The notes below the pieces were generated by a model. That model worked only from the letters and a program-made list of their open reading frames with translations. It was not told the DNA's origin and made no database searches. From Justusliebigvirus alia: a DNA stretch of 64,000 nt. Position numbers and translations under genes: made by a program. The stretch lies in the sequence record OZ035799.1; one strand, 5' to 3'. Below are positions 54,022 to 64,000 of the stretch, one piece after another (position 1 is the stretch's first letter; each line of letters starts with the position of its first letter).

Positions 54022-54572
54022 AATATGATCTCCTTTAGTGTTTTGGCTTGCTGATCTTTTTGTGACAAGATAGGTTTAAAATTAATATCATTAAAGATTA
54101 AATCAAAACCCCAATCAATATTGATATCTGGATCATTCCACGCAAGACTACATTCTGAAGTCGGATCGTAATATTCTGTACATTTATATTCAAAATCAGC
54201 AATGTCACTAATCACAACAAAGCCATGAGCGAAACCAGGAGGAATCCAAAATTGTGTTTTATTCTTTTCAGATAAGAGAACACCTACCCATTCTCCAAAT
54301 GTTGGACTACCAACCCTAATATCTACAGCAACATCATAAACTTCACCACGAACACAACGTACTAACTTCCCTTGTGGGTTTTTCTTTTGAAAATGAAGCC
54401 CACGTAGAACTCCTCGAATAGAACGTGAATGGTTATCTTGGACAAAGTTTTGTTTACCTATGTATTGATCATATAAAGCCTGATTAAAACTTTCTAAGAA
54501 AAAACCACGTTCATCTCCGTAAACGTCAGGTTGAATGATCAACAAATCTTCGATTTTTGTTGCTTGAATCAT
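54018..54572 (-). CDS. rmlC: dTDP-4-dehydrorhamnose 3,5-epimerase
   Basis: GDERGFFLESFN ... RGLHFQ ... KLVRCVRGEVYDVAVDIR cupin-type RmlC motifs. Confidence 0.85.
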   Translation of the reverse strand: MIQATKIEDLLIIQPDVYGDERGFFLESFNQALYDQYIGKQNFVQDNHSRSIRGVLRGLHFQKKNPQGKLVRCVRGEVYDVAVDIRVGSPTFGEWVGVLLSEKNKTQFWIPPGFAHGFVVISDIADFEYKCTEYYDPTSECSLAWNDPDINIDWGFDLIFNDINFKPILSQKDQQAKTLKEIIF

Positions 54573-54584
54573 TTAATCTCCCCT

Positions 54585-55454
54585 TTATTTTAATTTAAGT
54601 AAATACTTGCCGTAGTCTGTTTTACTTAAAACCTCTCCAGAACTTTTTACGGAATCTAAAGTAATCCATTCATTTTTAAAAGCAATCTCTTCCAGGCATG
54701 CAACCTTCATACCTTGTTGCTTTTCTATTGCATGAACAAATTGAGATGCTTCCATAAGACTTTCATGTGTCCCTGTATCCAGCCAAGTGAAACCTCTTCC
54801 TAGTTTACAGACACGTAAAGCCTTTTCTTTCCAGTACATCTCATTTATATCTGTAATCTCTAACTCCCCTCTAGCAGAAGGTTTAACGCTTTTAGCTTTC
54901 TGTATAACAGAATTATCGTAAAAGTACAAGCCTGTGATTGCATAGTTGCTTTTTGGTGCTTTTGGTTTTTCTTCAATACTCACCACTGTACCTTCAGAAT
55001 CAAACTCAACAACACCAAATCTTTCAGGATCATTTACGTGATACCCAAAAATATTAGCTCCACCATTCTTCTCAATATGTTCTTTAGCAGAATCTAAAAT
55101 GCTACCAAAACTCTGACCAAAGAATAAATTATCACCTAGCACAAGTGCTACAGAATCTTCACCAATAAAGTTCTCACCAATAATAAATGCTTCTGCTAAA
55201 CCTTTTGGGCTGTTCTGTACTGCATACTGTAGGGAAATACCAAAAGAAGAACCATCACCTAGGAGATTTACAAAATTAATTTGATCTTCTGGTGTTGTAA
55301 TTATTAGTATTTCCCTAATTCCAGAAAGCATTAGGACAGAGAGTGGATAATAAATCATAGGCTTATCGTAAATTGGTAATAGTTGTTTACTAACCCCTTT
55401 AGTAACTGGGTAAAGTCTTGTTCCACTACCACCTGCTAAGATAATACCTTTCAT
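54585..55454 (-). CDS. rmlA: glucose-1-phosphate thymidylyltransferase
   Basis: [18 protein letters not shown] ... [16 protein letters not shown]; typical 289 aa length. Confidence 0.85.
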   Translation of the reverse strand: MKGIILAGGSGTRLYPVTKGVSKQLLPIYDKPMIYYPLSVLMLSGIREILIITTPEDQINFVNLLGDGSSFGISLQYAVQNSPKGLAEAFIIGENFIGEDSVALVLGDNLFFGQSFGSILDSAKEHIEKNGGANIFGYHVNDPERFGVVEFDSEGTVVSIEEKPKAPKSNYAITGLYFYDNSVIQKAKSVKPSARGELEITDINEMYWKEKALRVCKLGRGFTWLDTGTHESLMEASQFVHAIEKQQGMKVACLEEIAFKNEWITLDSVKSSGEVLSKTDYGKYLLKLK

Positions 55455-55462
55455 ACTCCTCC

Positions 55463-56452
55463 TTAAACTTTATTTTCCCACCACTCTTTGTTATCTACAT
55501 ACCAATCAATGGTTGAATAAAGTTTTTCTTCAAATGTGCCTTTAGCTTTCCACCCTAATTCCTTTTCAATCTTATAAGGATTCACTTCATATCTTAAATC
55601 ATGCCCAGGTCTATCTGTAACCATTTCAATGAGGCTACAAGCATCTGTTTCAGATGGATACACCGCATCCATATAATCACAAATCATATAGATTACATCA
55701 ATATTAGTTCTAGGGTTTCTGCTCCCAATATTATATGTTTCTCCAGATTTGCCTTTAGTTACTACTAGGTGTAATGCTTCTGCGTGATCGTCAACGTATA
55801 ACCAGTCTCTTACTTGAAGACCATTGCCATAAACAGGGATTGGTTTATGCATCAAGATATTTGTTATCGTTTTAGGTATTAGTTTTTCTGGATGATGATA
55901 CGCTCCAAAATTATTTGAACAATTTGTTATAACTGTCGGAATACCATAAGTACGATGCCACGCTCTTACCAAATGATCGCTTGCAGCTTTAGATGCAGCA
56001 TATGGACTACTTGGTTTATAAGGATTCTGTTCTGTAAACGGATAATCCCCTTCTTCCATATCACCATACACTTCATCTGTTGAAATATGATGAAACATTT
56101 TAAGATTTGATTTATCTCCCATTAAACGAACAGCTTCTAGAAGATTAAATGTTCCAACAATATTTGAATTTATAAAAACACTCGGTGATGCTATTGAATT
56201 ATCTACGTGACTTTCTGCTGCAAGATGCATTATATAATCTGGGTTAACATCTGCCACAATCTTAGCAGTTAACTGAGCATTTGTCAAGTCAACACGACAA
56301 AACTTTACATTAGGTGTTTCTGATAAATTTCTAGGGTCTGAAGCGTAACCCCATTTATCTATAACGTAAATATCATTCTTAGTATTTTTAGCCAGGAAAC
56401 GAACTACCGCACTTCCAATAAAACCTAAACCACCTGTTACTAAGTATTTCAT
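55463..56452 (-). CDS. rmlB: dTDP-glucose 4,6-dehydratase
   Basis: [10 protein letters not shown] Rossmann motif, [11 protein letters not shown] (YxxxK), HISTDEVYG. Confidence 0.85.
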   Translation of the reverse strand: MKYLVTGGLGFIGSAVVRFLAKNTKNDIYVIDKWGYASDPRNLSETPNVKFCRVDLTNAQLTAKIVADVNPDYIMHLAAESHVDNSIASPSVFINSNIVGTFNLLEAVRLMGDKSNLKMFHHISTDEVYGDMEEGDYPFTEQNPYKPSSPYAASKAASDHLVRAWHRTYGIPTVITNCSNNFGAYHHPEKLIPKTITNILMHKPIPVYGNGLQVRDWLYVDDHAEALHLVVTKGKSGETYNIGSRNPRTNIDVIYMICDYMDAVYPSETDACSLIEMVTDRPGHDLRYEVNPYKIEKELGWKAKGTFEEKLYSTIDWYVDNKEWWENKV

Positions 56453-56646
56453 TTAGTCTCCTTCCAATTATTCCCTTCAGTAAAAATAATACCTTCATAA
56501 AACAACCATCTGGAACCTTTTTCAACAGGAACAGGAAGCTCTTCTTCAGTAAAGTTATAAACCTCTCTAGCATCTTCTAAAAGTGACGCAAATGTTTTTG
56601 GACTTACTGTTACGCGAGGAGCATTGATCAGTTGATCTAGCATCAT
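56449..56646 (-). CDS. hypothetical protein
   Basis: Start set to MMLDQLINAP with AGGAGGATAG SD. Confidence 0.4.
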   Translation of the reverse strand: MMLDQLINAPRVTVSPKTFASLLEDAREVYNFTEEELPVPVEKGSRWLFYEGIIFTEGNNWKETK

Positions 56647-56659
56647 TCTACTATCCTCC

Positions 56660-56986
56660 TTACCAAACGTGTTGAGAAATAATAGTTTCCGTTTCAATGT
56701 TATATTTTTCAAGAAGTTGTGCGTAGGCTTCTTTTGCATTCTTATTTAGTTGCTCAAGATCTACAGCTACACTTCCTTCGCCACCTTCTAAATAAATCCC
56801 ATATATGCAATAAGATGCATCAGCGTCATAGAAAGGTGAGATACGGCTTAAATCAAGACCTTCTTGTAAGAACCAATTAAAATCTCCATCAAATTCTTCT
56901 TCAATTCTAGGATCTTCTCCTACAGCCTCTTCCCATTTATTAAAAGGTGCACCCTGTAACATACGCCATTCAGTGGCAACTCCCAT
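56660..56986 (-). CDS. hypothetical protein
   Basis: 108 aa acidic ORF with AGGAGGAAGATA SD. Confidence 0.5.
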   Translation of the reverse strand: MGVATEWRMLQGAPFNKWEEAVGEDPRIEEEFDGDFNWFLQEGLDLSRISPFYDADASYCIYGIYLEGGEGSVAVDLEQLNKNAKEAYAQLLEKYNIETETIISQHVW

Positions 56987-57122
56987 TATCTTCCTCCTCT
57001 TCTTTTTCTTCCGTGTGAACGAAGCCTAAACCGTTACAATTCCAACACGGAATAAATTGTTCCATACTAACAATAAAATTCCCAGTACCACCGCAGATAG
57101 GACAAATACTTACATCGTCCAT
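56970..57122 (-). CDS. hypothetical small zinc-ribbon protein
   Basis: 50 aa (MDDVSICPICGGTGNF...CWNCNGLGF...) with two CxxC pairs; GAGGAG SD; resembles the zinc-ribbon tail of ORF 36953; not in track. Confidence 0.35.
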   Translation of the reverse strand: MDDVSICPICGGTGNFIVSMEQFIPCWNCNGLGFVHTEEKEEEEDNGSCH

Positions 57123-57124
57123 TA

Positions 57125-57331
57125 TTAAAGCTCCTCAATCTTTTCTAACATCTGTTTTAACTCATTCTCTGTTAATAGAATTTCTGTGATACCATCATAA
57201 GTTTCTACCATCAGAGTAAAACATTTCTCTCCATCTGAACATATAAAAGCACCACCTTCATCTTCTGTTAAGTCAGAATTAATATCTACATCAACAAAAT
57301 CAATCATCTTTTTCTCCTTTGATAATTTCAA
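57125..57331 (-). CDS. hypothetical protein
   Basis: 68 aa acidic ORF. Confidence 0.45.
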   Translation of the reverse strand: MKLSKEKKMIDFVDVDINSDLTEDEGGAFICSDGEKCFTLMVETYDGITEILLTENELKQMLEKIEEL

Positions 57332-57518
57332 ACTTGGCTACACCATTAACTATAATATGACCGCAAGACATAACTCCTAGCCAATGATCACCATTCTTTT
57401 TTAAACGTTTGCCGTAAACATCACAGAAACCATTCTGTAATTCGGAAGCCTCATAAGAGGCTCCCTTTTCGAAAACGTCTTTGAAGTCAGAAATTAATCC
57501 AACACAAAGTAGTTTCAT
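57300..57518 (-). CDS. hypothetical protein
   Basis: 72 aa ORF. Confidence 0.45.
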   Translation of the reverse strand: MKLLCVGLISDFKDVFEKGASYEASELQNGFCDVYGKRLKKNGDHWLGVMSCGHIIVNGVAKFEIIKGEKDD

Positions 57519-58603
57519 TAGAAGTCTAACTCCTCGTCATCACTTACATCTTTATTTGCTGAATTCAGTTTGTAAGCTGTAATTTGGATCTCCTGTGCTG
57601 CTGCTTGAATTTGATCTGGATTTAACCAAACATCCATCCAAGGCAGTGGACTTTTCTTCGGTGCACGGAATTTGTGTTTCATTTTCAGTCTGCGATAGAT
57701 AGGCGCAGCATTGAAGTAAACCCAAAGTTTGAACAACTCTGCGTTACCACCAACGATAATCCTTCCTTCACTAAACAGATAGTCACACCAATCTTCCTCT
57801 TGTCCAACTACCGTGTCAAGAATTTCTGTCAGAACGTCGATATTATCTTCGTATACTTTTCTCCAGACAGGATCTTTCAGCAGTGCATCAATAATAGCAT
57901 AATCCATTTTAACGTGCAATAGTTCATCCAACATAATTTTTTGAATGAGTTTAGCTGCACCTACAAACAGTTGCTGCTCTGCTAAGGCAAATGTTGCAGC
58001 AAAAGATGATATGAATTGAATGCCTTCCAGACCGATAAGTGCAATCATTCCTTTCAGAATCAGTAGACGAAGATTATCATCCTTCTCAATCAGACCTAGA
58101 GCATATTTATGTCCTGCCTCTGCCAGATCACTCATTATCTCTTCAACTATACCCATCCTCTGGAAGATTCTTTCATTCTCCATGATCTGATCGATAACTT
58201 CATTTGGATTAGGGATACACTGACGAATAATTTCAGAATATGTCAAAGCGTGTAAAACTTCCATCTCTGATTGCTTCATCATCATTGCACATGCTTCGTT
58301 GTTGCTTAAAAATGGTGCAAACAAAGTGATGATTGATTTAGCAAGTGAATCATTTTCCCATTGGAAAGATAGGTTTTTGATCATAACATCATAGTTGCTT
58401 TTAGAACAAGCTACGAAATCTTTTCGTGTCTGATCTAAGTTTACTTCGTTTTCATCCCAATCTTGCTGTTTTTGTAGTTTGTACAGACGATGCATTTCTG
58501 GGTATGTTACATTAATAGAATCAAAAATACCTAACTGTTCTCCCAAAAATACAGGGTAGAAACCTTCTTTGTAAGTGTCGTTGTATAAGTTAATTGCTGC
58601 CAT
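57518..58603 (-). CDS. nrdB: ribonucleoside-diphosphate reductase beta subunit (class Ia)
   Basis: 361 aa; ferritin-like di-iron fold residues (E...H pairs) and NrdB-typical C-terminal acidic tail DDEELDF. Confidence 0.9.
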   Translation of the reverse strand: MAAINLYNDTYKEGFYPVFLGEQLGIFDSINVTYPEMHRLYKLQKQQDWDENEVNLDQTRKDFVACSKSNYDVMIKNLSFQWENDSLAKSIITLFAPFLSNNEACAMMMKQSEMEVLHALTYSEIIRQCIPNPNEVIDQIMENERIFQRMGIVEEIMSDLAEAGHKYALGLIEKDDNLRLLILKGMIALIGLEGIQFISSFAATFALAEQQLFVGAAKLIQKIMLDELLHVKMDYAIIDALLKDPVWRKVYEDNIDVLTEILDTVVGQEEDWCDYLFSEGRIIVGGNAELFKLWVYFNAAPIYRRLKMKHKFRAPKKSPLPWMDVWLNPDQIQAAAQEIQITAYKLNSANKDVSDDEELDF

Positions 58604-58925
58604 TTAAATCCTCCACAATATCACACATTGCTTTTATTGTATCAATGTGTTCTCTCTCCATACCATCCTCTAGGTAAGCCTTCTCTAATGCGTCCCATAC
58701 ACTCTTTGTGAGTAGTATAGTAACCTCTCCCTCATACCTTGCTCTGGTTAAAGCATACCAGGTAGCTATGGGATCATTGGAAGCCCATATTTCAACACTG
58801 GAAAATTGAAAACCTGCAATATAATGACAACACCAATCGAATGTAAAATCTTTACTATCTACCAGTGTATAATTTCCCCAGCGTCTTTGTGGTGTTGCCC
58901 CAGGTAATACAACTAATGTAGGCAT
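58590..58925 (-). CDS. hypothetical protein between nrdA and nrdB
   Basis: Start set to MPTLVVLPG with AAGGAGG SD; no motif recognised. Confidence 0.4.
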   Translation of the reverse strand: MPTLVVLPGATPQRRWGNYTLVDSKDFTFDWCCHYIAGFQFSSVEIWASNDPIATWYALTRARYEGEVTILLTKSVWDALEKAYLEDGMEREHIDTIKAMCDIVEDLNGSN

Positions 58926-58939
58926 ATTCCTCCTTAAGA

Positions 58940-58957
58940 AAGGGGGACAAAGCCCCC
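58940..58957 (-). terminator. putative attenuator/terminator hairpin
   Basis: AGGGGGACAAAGCCCCCT hairpin preceded on top strand by AAGAAA, located between nrdA stop and next start. Confidence 0.4.
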
Positions 58958-58965
58958 TAGTTTCA

Positions 58966-61227
58966 TTACATCTTACAAGCCTCACAACCGGATTCTTCAT
59001 CCTCTTGAGCGAGTGAGGTTGCCGATTTTGTTCTGCTATTTAGATAGTACAAAGATTTACCACCAAGTTTTGCAAACTGAAGAATATATTGCATTTCTGA
59101 TTTAATGGATAAACGACCACCTTCCATCTTAGAATAGTCAATCCACTTATCACATGATGCACCTTGATCTAAGAATTTAGTCAACAGTCCATATGCTTCA
59201 GCCATATCTTTATCTGGTGTATCCCAAGCCGATTGGTAAATATCTTTTAGTTTATCGTAGTCTGGCACAATAAACAGAACATTACCCTTTTGGCTTTGTT
59301 TATAAACTATAGTATCACGTACAGGATACACAGAGTTAGTCGTATTACTTACAAGACTACTGGACTCATTTGGAGCAATAGCTGCTAATACGCTATTTCG
59401 GATACCACCTTGTGCAATGATATCTTGTCGTAAACCTTCCCAATCCATTTTAAGTTTAAAATTGCCAATATCGTCTACAGCTTTAGCGTAGGTGTCAATA
59501 GGCAACCATCCTTCAGGCCATTTGGTTTTATGCATCCATTCTGCATTACCTTTCTCTTTTGCCAAACGAAGAGAAGCTCTTGCTAACCAATAATAATGTC
59601 TTTCTGCTAATTCGTGAATTAGTTTTTTGCCGTAAGGATCTGAATAAGTAACAAAATTACTTGCCAGATAATGTGCAAGGTTTGTAATACCTACACCGAT
59701 AGACCTACGTGCTTTAGCAGTGATTTCGTTATGTTTAAACGGATACTGCATTGTTTCAATAACATTATCAATAGTTAGAACGGTATAATATGCAACATCT
59801 TCATATTCTTCTGGTGTAACACGACCAGCTACAATAGAAGACAGGAAGCATAATGCCAATTCTTGATCTTCTGTATTCTCACCCGTGAAAAGATCAGTCA
59901 TATTGTGAAATGCTTTCGTAGGTAAGAAAATTTCTTGGCACAAGTTTGACTGATAAATAACATCCTTAAACGGAGTATGTTTATTAACATTGTCAGCAAA
60001 GAACATATAAATACGTCCTGTCTCTGCTCTTTGTGTAATAATTTCTGCCAGAAGATCTCGTGCTTTTACAAACTTCTTCTTAATTCGTTTGCGACTAACT
60101 TTTTCATATACTTCTTCAAACTCTTCCTCGCTTTTATAAAGCGCCTCATAGAGTTCTGGTGCTTCGTCATAACTGACTAGCATCCAATCTTTACCTTTTG
60201 CTGCACGACGCAGGAAAGCATTGTTTACTACGATAGAGTAATCAAGTTTATCTACTCGTTTTTCACTAACCGTAGTTGGGTTTTTCAAACGTACCAGATC
60301 TTCAAAGTCAGGCTCTAATATTGTGAACGTTACTGTTGCACTTCCACCACGACTTGCTTGTTTTGATGCTCCAACACTTGTTTCCATCCACTTCAGATAT
60401 GGTAAAAGACCACCGTGAACGATACGGTTGTTCTTAACACCTTGTCCTGTAGCACGGGTTTGGAGGTTAACACCAATACCTGCATTATTCAAGGTATATT
60501 CATGAGCAAGATAGTTAGCAATTGCTAAAGATTCTGCTGTATCATCTGCTCTAAACAGACAACAAGAAGCACTACCTTTAATCTTAGTACGCAAAGTTGT
60601 TAAATAAGGCGATGGTAAATTAATCTTAAGATCACTTACGTAGGTATATAGACGTTTAATGTCTTCTACTCTGCGATCTTTTGGTTGAATTTCCATTACC
60701 TTCATTGCTACACCAATGAATAAAAACTGTGGTGATTCAAAAACAACATCATTGATCGCATCTTTCACAAGATACTTATCAACCATCTGGCGCAGTACGG
60801 AATAACCATAAGTTAGGTTTTTATCGTGATTGACAATTTTACCAATCTCAATAATTTCTTCTTCTGTATAATCCATTTTTCCCCAATAGCCTTTACTTAC
60901 AGACATATTGTAGAAATCCAGGAGGGAGGGGATATTGTGATATCCCCCATGAGCCTGTTTATAAATCATACCAAGAAGTAACCGACCTGCCATATCACTA
61001 TATGCCTGATCTTTCTTATCAATACATGCTGCTATCATAGCTTTATGTAAATCACGAGTAGGCACACCGTCGTAACAACGTTTAACAGCTTCAAGTTCAA
61101 TTTCAGACCAATTTAATTTACCAGCAGCAAACTCTGACCATTTACGAAGTTTTTCTGGATTAAATTCTTCTTTCTTGCCGTTTGTTTTTGTTACATAACG
61201 GATAGATTTGCTTAGATACTGAGTCAC
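58966..61227 (-). CDS. nrdA: ribonucleoside-diphosphate reductase alpha subunit (class Ia)
   Basis: 753 aa; N-terminal ATP-cone-like region, active-site region NLCQEIFLP, C-terminal redox Cys pair (ESGCEACKM). Confidence 0.9.
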   Translation of the reverse strand: MTQYLSKSIRYVTKTNGKKEEFNPEKLRKWSEFAAGKLNWSEIELEAVKRCYDGVPTRDLHKAMIAACIDKKDQAYSDMAGRLLLGMIYKQAHGGYHNIPSLLDFYNMSVSKGYWGKMDYTEEEIIEIGKIVNHDKNLTYGYSVLRQMVDKYLVKDAINDVVFESPQFLFIGVAMKVMEIQPKDRRVEDIKRLYTYVSDLKINLPSPYLTTLRTKIKGSASCCLFRADDTAESLAIANYLAHEYTLNNAGIGVNLQTRATGQGVKNNRIVHGGLLPYLKWMETSVGASKQASRGGSATVTFTILEPDFEDLVRLKNPTTVSEKRVDKLDYSIVVNNAFLRRAAKGKDWMLVSYDEAPELYEALYKSEEEFEEVYEKVSRKRIKKKFVKARDLLAEIITQRAETGRIYMFFADNVNKHTPFKDVIYQSNLCQEIFLPTKAFHNMTDLFTGENTEDQELALCFLSSIVAGRVTPEEYEDVAYYTVLTIDNVIETMQYPFKHNEITAKARRSIGVGITNLAHYLASNFVTYSDPYGKKLIHELAERHYYWLARASLRLAKEKGNAEWMHKTKWPEGWLPIDTYAKAVDDIGNFKLKMDWEGLRQDIIAQGGIRNSVLAAIAPNESSSLVSNTTNSVYPVRDTIVYKQSQKGNVLFIVPDYDKLKDIYQSAWDTPDKDMAEAYGLLTKFLDQGASCDKWIDYSKMEGGRLSIKSEMQYILQFAKLGGKSLYYLNSRTKSATSLAQEDEESGCEACKM

Positions 61228-61238
61228 TTCCTCTCCTA

Positions 61239-61499
61239 TTAATTGTGCATGTTTAGAACATCTACATCATAACCGCCACGCATCTCATTATATAAGCCAT
61301 TTGCGTATAGAAAACCTTCAAAATGATCTATACCTTCAAAACCTTTTGCCTTTGCTTTGCGGTCTGCTTCTTGTCTTTTTGGGGATAATCTTTTAGATGT
61401 ATCAAGGATAACTGTTACATTGCAACCTAATGTTTCATCAAAATAGACTTCAATTTCACAGCCTTCATATTTATTACTTTCTGTCATTTGGCCTCTCAA
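61239..61499 (-). CDS. hypothetical protein
   Basis: 86 aa ORF. Confidence 0.45.
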   Translation of the reverse strand: MRGQMTESNKYEGCEIEVYFDETLGCNVTVILDTSKRLSPKRQEADRKAKAKGFEGIDHFEGFLYANGLYNEMRGGYDVDVLNMHN

Positions 61500-61910
61500 T
61501 TAGAATTCAGAATCATCATCTCGTGATGGATCATGTTCATTTCCGAAGTCTTCCATTTTGATATGAGAGCTACCCCAACCTGTAAAATCTTCTTCTCCAA
61601 AGTGCAAAATATCTACACCTTGATAGATTCGCTTATATTTATAGTCTTGTCGAACTGGGAAAGTATACAATGTAGTATTTGCAAACACCACACGTCGATT
61701 GTTGTTACTACGAATATTAACACCACGTTCTACTGTATAATGTCCATCGGTAGACATACCAAGCATTACTAATGCTGCTCGCAATGTAGTGTTATGATAC
61801 TCGTGAGGAATTTTTCCTCCGTGCTTTTTAGCCATTTCTTTCCAGATCGGTGTAGCCTTAATGGTAGACATACTTACGGTCGCCCAAATGGTTGTATTAA
61901 TTAGTGACAT
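61500..61910 (-). CDS. hypothetical protein
   Basis: 136 aa ORF. Confidence 0.5.
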   Translation of the reverse strand: MSLINTTIWATVSMSTIKATPIWKEMAKKHGGKIPHEYHNTTLRAALVMLGMSTDGHYTVERGVNIRSNNNRRVVFANTTLYTFPVRQDYKYKRIYQGVDILHFGEEDFTGWGSSHIKMEDFGNEHDPSRDDDSEF

Positions 61911-62007
61911 AAATTCTCCTTCTCTCTTTTAAGGAGAGCATAGCTCTCCTAACGTTAGCCTATACTACACGAATCTCAATTAAAAGTCAACTATAATTTT
62001 AAGTTGA

Positions 62008-62979
62008 TCACCATTTTGTATGGTTAGTCAAAAGTTGACGATGTTGAATCCAACCGCAGAAGTTTCCACTCCACAAACGATGTTTACGATCCATATGTGT
62101 AATACCTTCTTCCCAAGAAGTAGGGAACGGAGGAATATTAATACCACCTTTCTGTTGTTTTAATCCTGACAAATCCATTTCTTTCATTGGCGTTGCCTGG
62201 TGTTCAAACGGAGATGCATGTACCTTTTGTCCAGACAGCAAACGAGAATAGATATCCAATGCTTTATCTTTAGTATCATTCAACTTACGATAACTTACCT
62301 GAGCGCAACAAGAAGCTGAAATAGCTTTTGCTTCCTCTTCTGTCAACATTTTCTCGTTGGAGAAGGTTTCACCCAAGAAATAACGGATCATACCAGTTTC
62401 TGGATCTCGATCACGATTAACGTAAGGTGTATGCCATTCCCCTGGGAAAAGAAGATATGGTTCAGAAGATTCATACAGTTTTTTAATTTCTTTAGCAAGA
62501 GCCTCAATAGTAGGATCTGCATCAGCATCTACACGCAACCACAAGAAGTTTTCTAGCTCTGTAGTGGTTACTACAGTCTTCATACGCTGGAATGGTTCTA
62601 GTAGGCGGTTTGCAACCTGTTTATGATAACCAGCAAGGGCAAACTCTTCTGCAAAACGTGCAGCACTTAGTGCAGCCAAGTCCCACCATTCTTTTGCAGT
62701 GTAACCTGCATCAATCAGGGCATCGTGATCTGTGCCTTTATCTTGCATACCTGGTTGGTTAGCACCAAAACGATAAGGACGTGCTGGAGATTGCCGTACC
62801 ATTTCAATTAGAGTTTTAACAGGGATAGCTCGACTTGATGCGGCATTACGAGAAAACAAACGATGCGTCATCAATTCAGAGTGAATGATTCGAGGATATT
62901 CAAGTTCAAAGGTAACAATATCCTTACCTTCAGATGTTTGAGAGTGTGCAATAATTTTTGCTGAAATAGAGTTTGTCAT
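62008..62979 (-). CDS. thyX: ThyX-like (flavin-dependent) thymidylate synthase
   Basis: ELMTHRLFSRNAASSRAIP matches the ThyX RHR...S....S.R signature; longer (323 aa) than typical ThyX. Confidence 0.55.
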   Translation of the reverse strand: MTNSISAKIIAHSQTSEGKDIVTFELEYPRIIHSELMTHRLFSRNAASSRAIPVKTLIEMVRQSPARPYRFGANQPGMQDKGTDHDALIDAGYTAKEWWDLAALSAARFAEEFALAGYHKQVANRLLEPFQRMKTVVTTTELENFLWLRVDADADPTIEALAKEIKKLYESSEPYLLFPGEWHTPYVNRDRDPETGMIRYFLGETFSNEKMLTEEEAKAISASCCAQVSYRKLNDTKDKALDIYSRLLSGQKVHASPFEHQATPMKEMDLSGLKQQKGGINIPPFPTSWEEGITHMDRKHRLWSGNFCGWIQHRQLLTNHTKW

Positions 62980-62988
62980 TATTTCTCC

Positions 62989-63579
62989 TTAAGGTAGTAA
63001 AATACTTTCAATTTCTTCCCACTGATTATCTAAACCAGTGATAATTACATTAGGAAGTTTCTTTAACTCTTCCAAGTATGGATCTTCGTAAATAGTGTTG
63101 AAATATATTTTCAACGTTTCATCTGGAAATAGGACAAGATTTTCAGCCCTATCGTCAATAGTTACGTCGCAAGGTAATAAGTATTTTTCTTTTGTTGCGA
63201 AAAAGCCATTACCAGATGTTCTACTAAAGTCCACTTTATCTAAAGATCGTGTTACGTGTCTATATTTAGAACTAAGGTGTCCACCCTTAGTGTGGCTTGC
63301 TATAGATATATTAGCTCCATTTGCAATTATACGATGAACAACATCTGTACTATTAGGTACTACTCCCATAGTATCATATAGATGTTGGTTATCCCAAAAA
63401 GAGTAAGGATCTACACCAAATTGCTTTTTAAAATCAGGAAAATATTTCGTAATATCATAATGCACAGTCTTTTGTGTCTTATCAAACTTGATATTAGATC
63501 TACTTACCGCATTTAACCAACTCAACCATTCTATATCGGCAGGAGCTATTACTAAATCCCAATCACATACTAGACGCAT
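62989..63579 (-). CDS. putative 5'(3')-deoxyribonucleotidase (HAD superfamily)
   Basis: Start at MRLVCDWDLVIA gives an N-terminal DxD-type HAD motif I; later DVTIDDR motif. Confidence 0.5.
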   Translation of the reverse strand: MRLVCDWDLVIAPADIEWLSWLNAVSRSNIKFDKTQKTVHYDITKYFPDFKKQFGVDPYSFWDNQHLYDTMGVVPNSTDVVHRIIANGANISIASHTKGGHLSSKYRHVTRSLDKVDFSRTSGNGFFATKEKYLLPCDVTIDDRAENLVLFPDETLKIYFNTIYEDPYLEELKKLPNVIITGLDNQWEEIESILLP

Positions 63580-64000
63580 TTTTTCTCCTGTTATAACATT
63601 TTCTACACATTGTTTCGTAAATGTCTTCTCCTCCAATAACAATCTGTTCTTTAGAGTCGATAAGTCTAGCATTGAAAATAGCTTTTCTTCCACATTTACA
63701 AATGCTTTTCAATTCTGTAATTGAATCTGCTATGGCTAATAACCGTTCAGAACCTTCGAACAATTCTGTAGCAAAATCTGTTTTAAGCCCATAACAGAAT
63801 ACAGGAATATCGTAATTATCTACCACATCTCCAAGAATGTCAACCATATCTTTAGTTAGGAATTGTGATTCGTCCACAAATACTGCATCTACTGGATTTT
63901 CTTTAAGTTGTGTATAAATTTCCAGCATATCTTCTTTTGTTTTAACTGGTTTTGCTTCCTCTTTAATACCTATCCTAGAAGCAATAGCACAACCAGATCT
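63563..64000 (-). CDS. tdk: thymidine kinase (partial; N-terminus beyond window end)
   Basis: VFVDESQFL (TK motif), C-terminal zinc-ribbon Cys pairs CKCGRKA ... CRKCY. Confidence 0.7.
   Translation of the reverse strand, partial: RSGCAIASRIGIKEEAKPVKTKEDMLEIYTQLKENPVDAVFVDESQFLTKDMVDILGDVVDNYDIPVFCYGLKTDFATELFEGSERLLAIADSITELKSICKCGRKAIFNARLIDSKEQIVIGGEDIYETMCRKCYNRRKNASSM

Noticed and set aside
61940-62040. Palindromes GGAGAGCATAGCTCTCC, TCAACT-ataatttta-AGTTGA and GTCAAAAGTTGAC near the thyX 3' end
   Set aside because: Noted as possible terminator or operator, but no adjacent U/A-tract and one palindrome lies inside the coding sequence; too weak to call.
1-64000. tRNA genes
   Set aside because: Looked in intergenic regions for the GTTCGAATC-type T-loop with a matching acceptor stem; the only hit (about 41745) lies inside the Sir2 coding sequence. 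No tRNA is claimed; a tRNAscan run is needed to be certain.
1-64000. Assigning the window to T5-like phages
   Set aside because: Several gene types (Ser/Thr phosphatase, Sir2-like, PhoH, nrdAB, deoxyribonucleotidase) recall T5, but the T4-type lysozyme, rmlABCD and ThyX do not fit that memory, and without a search I cannot name the genus.

Overview
AT-rich, densely coded window that reads like part of a large virulent double-stranded DNA phage genome, not a bacterial chromosome. Genes are short and tightly packed with 1-20 nt overlaps and strong Shine-Dalgarno sites. Recognisable products include a T4-type lysozyme, PhoH, class Ia ribonucleotide reductase NrdA/NrdB, a ThyX-like thymidylate synthase, thymidine kinase, glutaredoxin, a Ser/Thr phosphatase, an intein-containing SF1 helicase, C5 and N6 DNA methyltransferases, a serine recombinase, a Sir2-like protein, a NADAR protein and a complete dTDP-rhamnose pathway (RmlABCD). 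All calls rest on motifs read by eye; no database search was possible, and I do not assign the phage to a named genus. Layout: (i) 1-11.25 kb, minus-strand block with helicase and small unknowns; (ii) 11.3-15.8 kb, plus-strand block (membrane proteins, AAA ATPase, homing-endonuclease-like protein, NADAR); (iii) 15.8-17.25 kb, repeat-rich noncoding region with a GC-rich island; (iv) 17.25-27.1 kb, about 30 small plus-strand ORFs, many behind a promoter plus conserved 5' GC hairpin; (v) 27.1-28.9 kb, second noncoding region with a G-poor tract, inverted repeats and iterons; (vi) 28.9-40.6 kb, plus-strand small-gene block with paralogous families; (vii) 40.6-64 kb, minus-strand block of modification and nucleotide-metabolism genes. 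The most unusual element is the promoter/5'-hairpin cassette array bracketed by the two noncoding regions, which I flag as the best candidate for an undescribed system. Many small ORFs are listed at low confidence and CDS coordinates include the stop codon.
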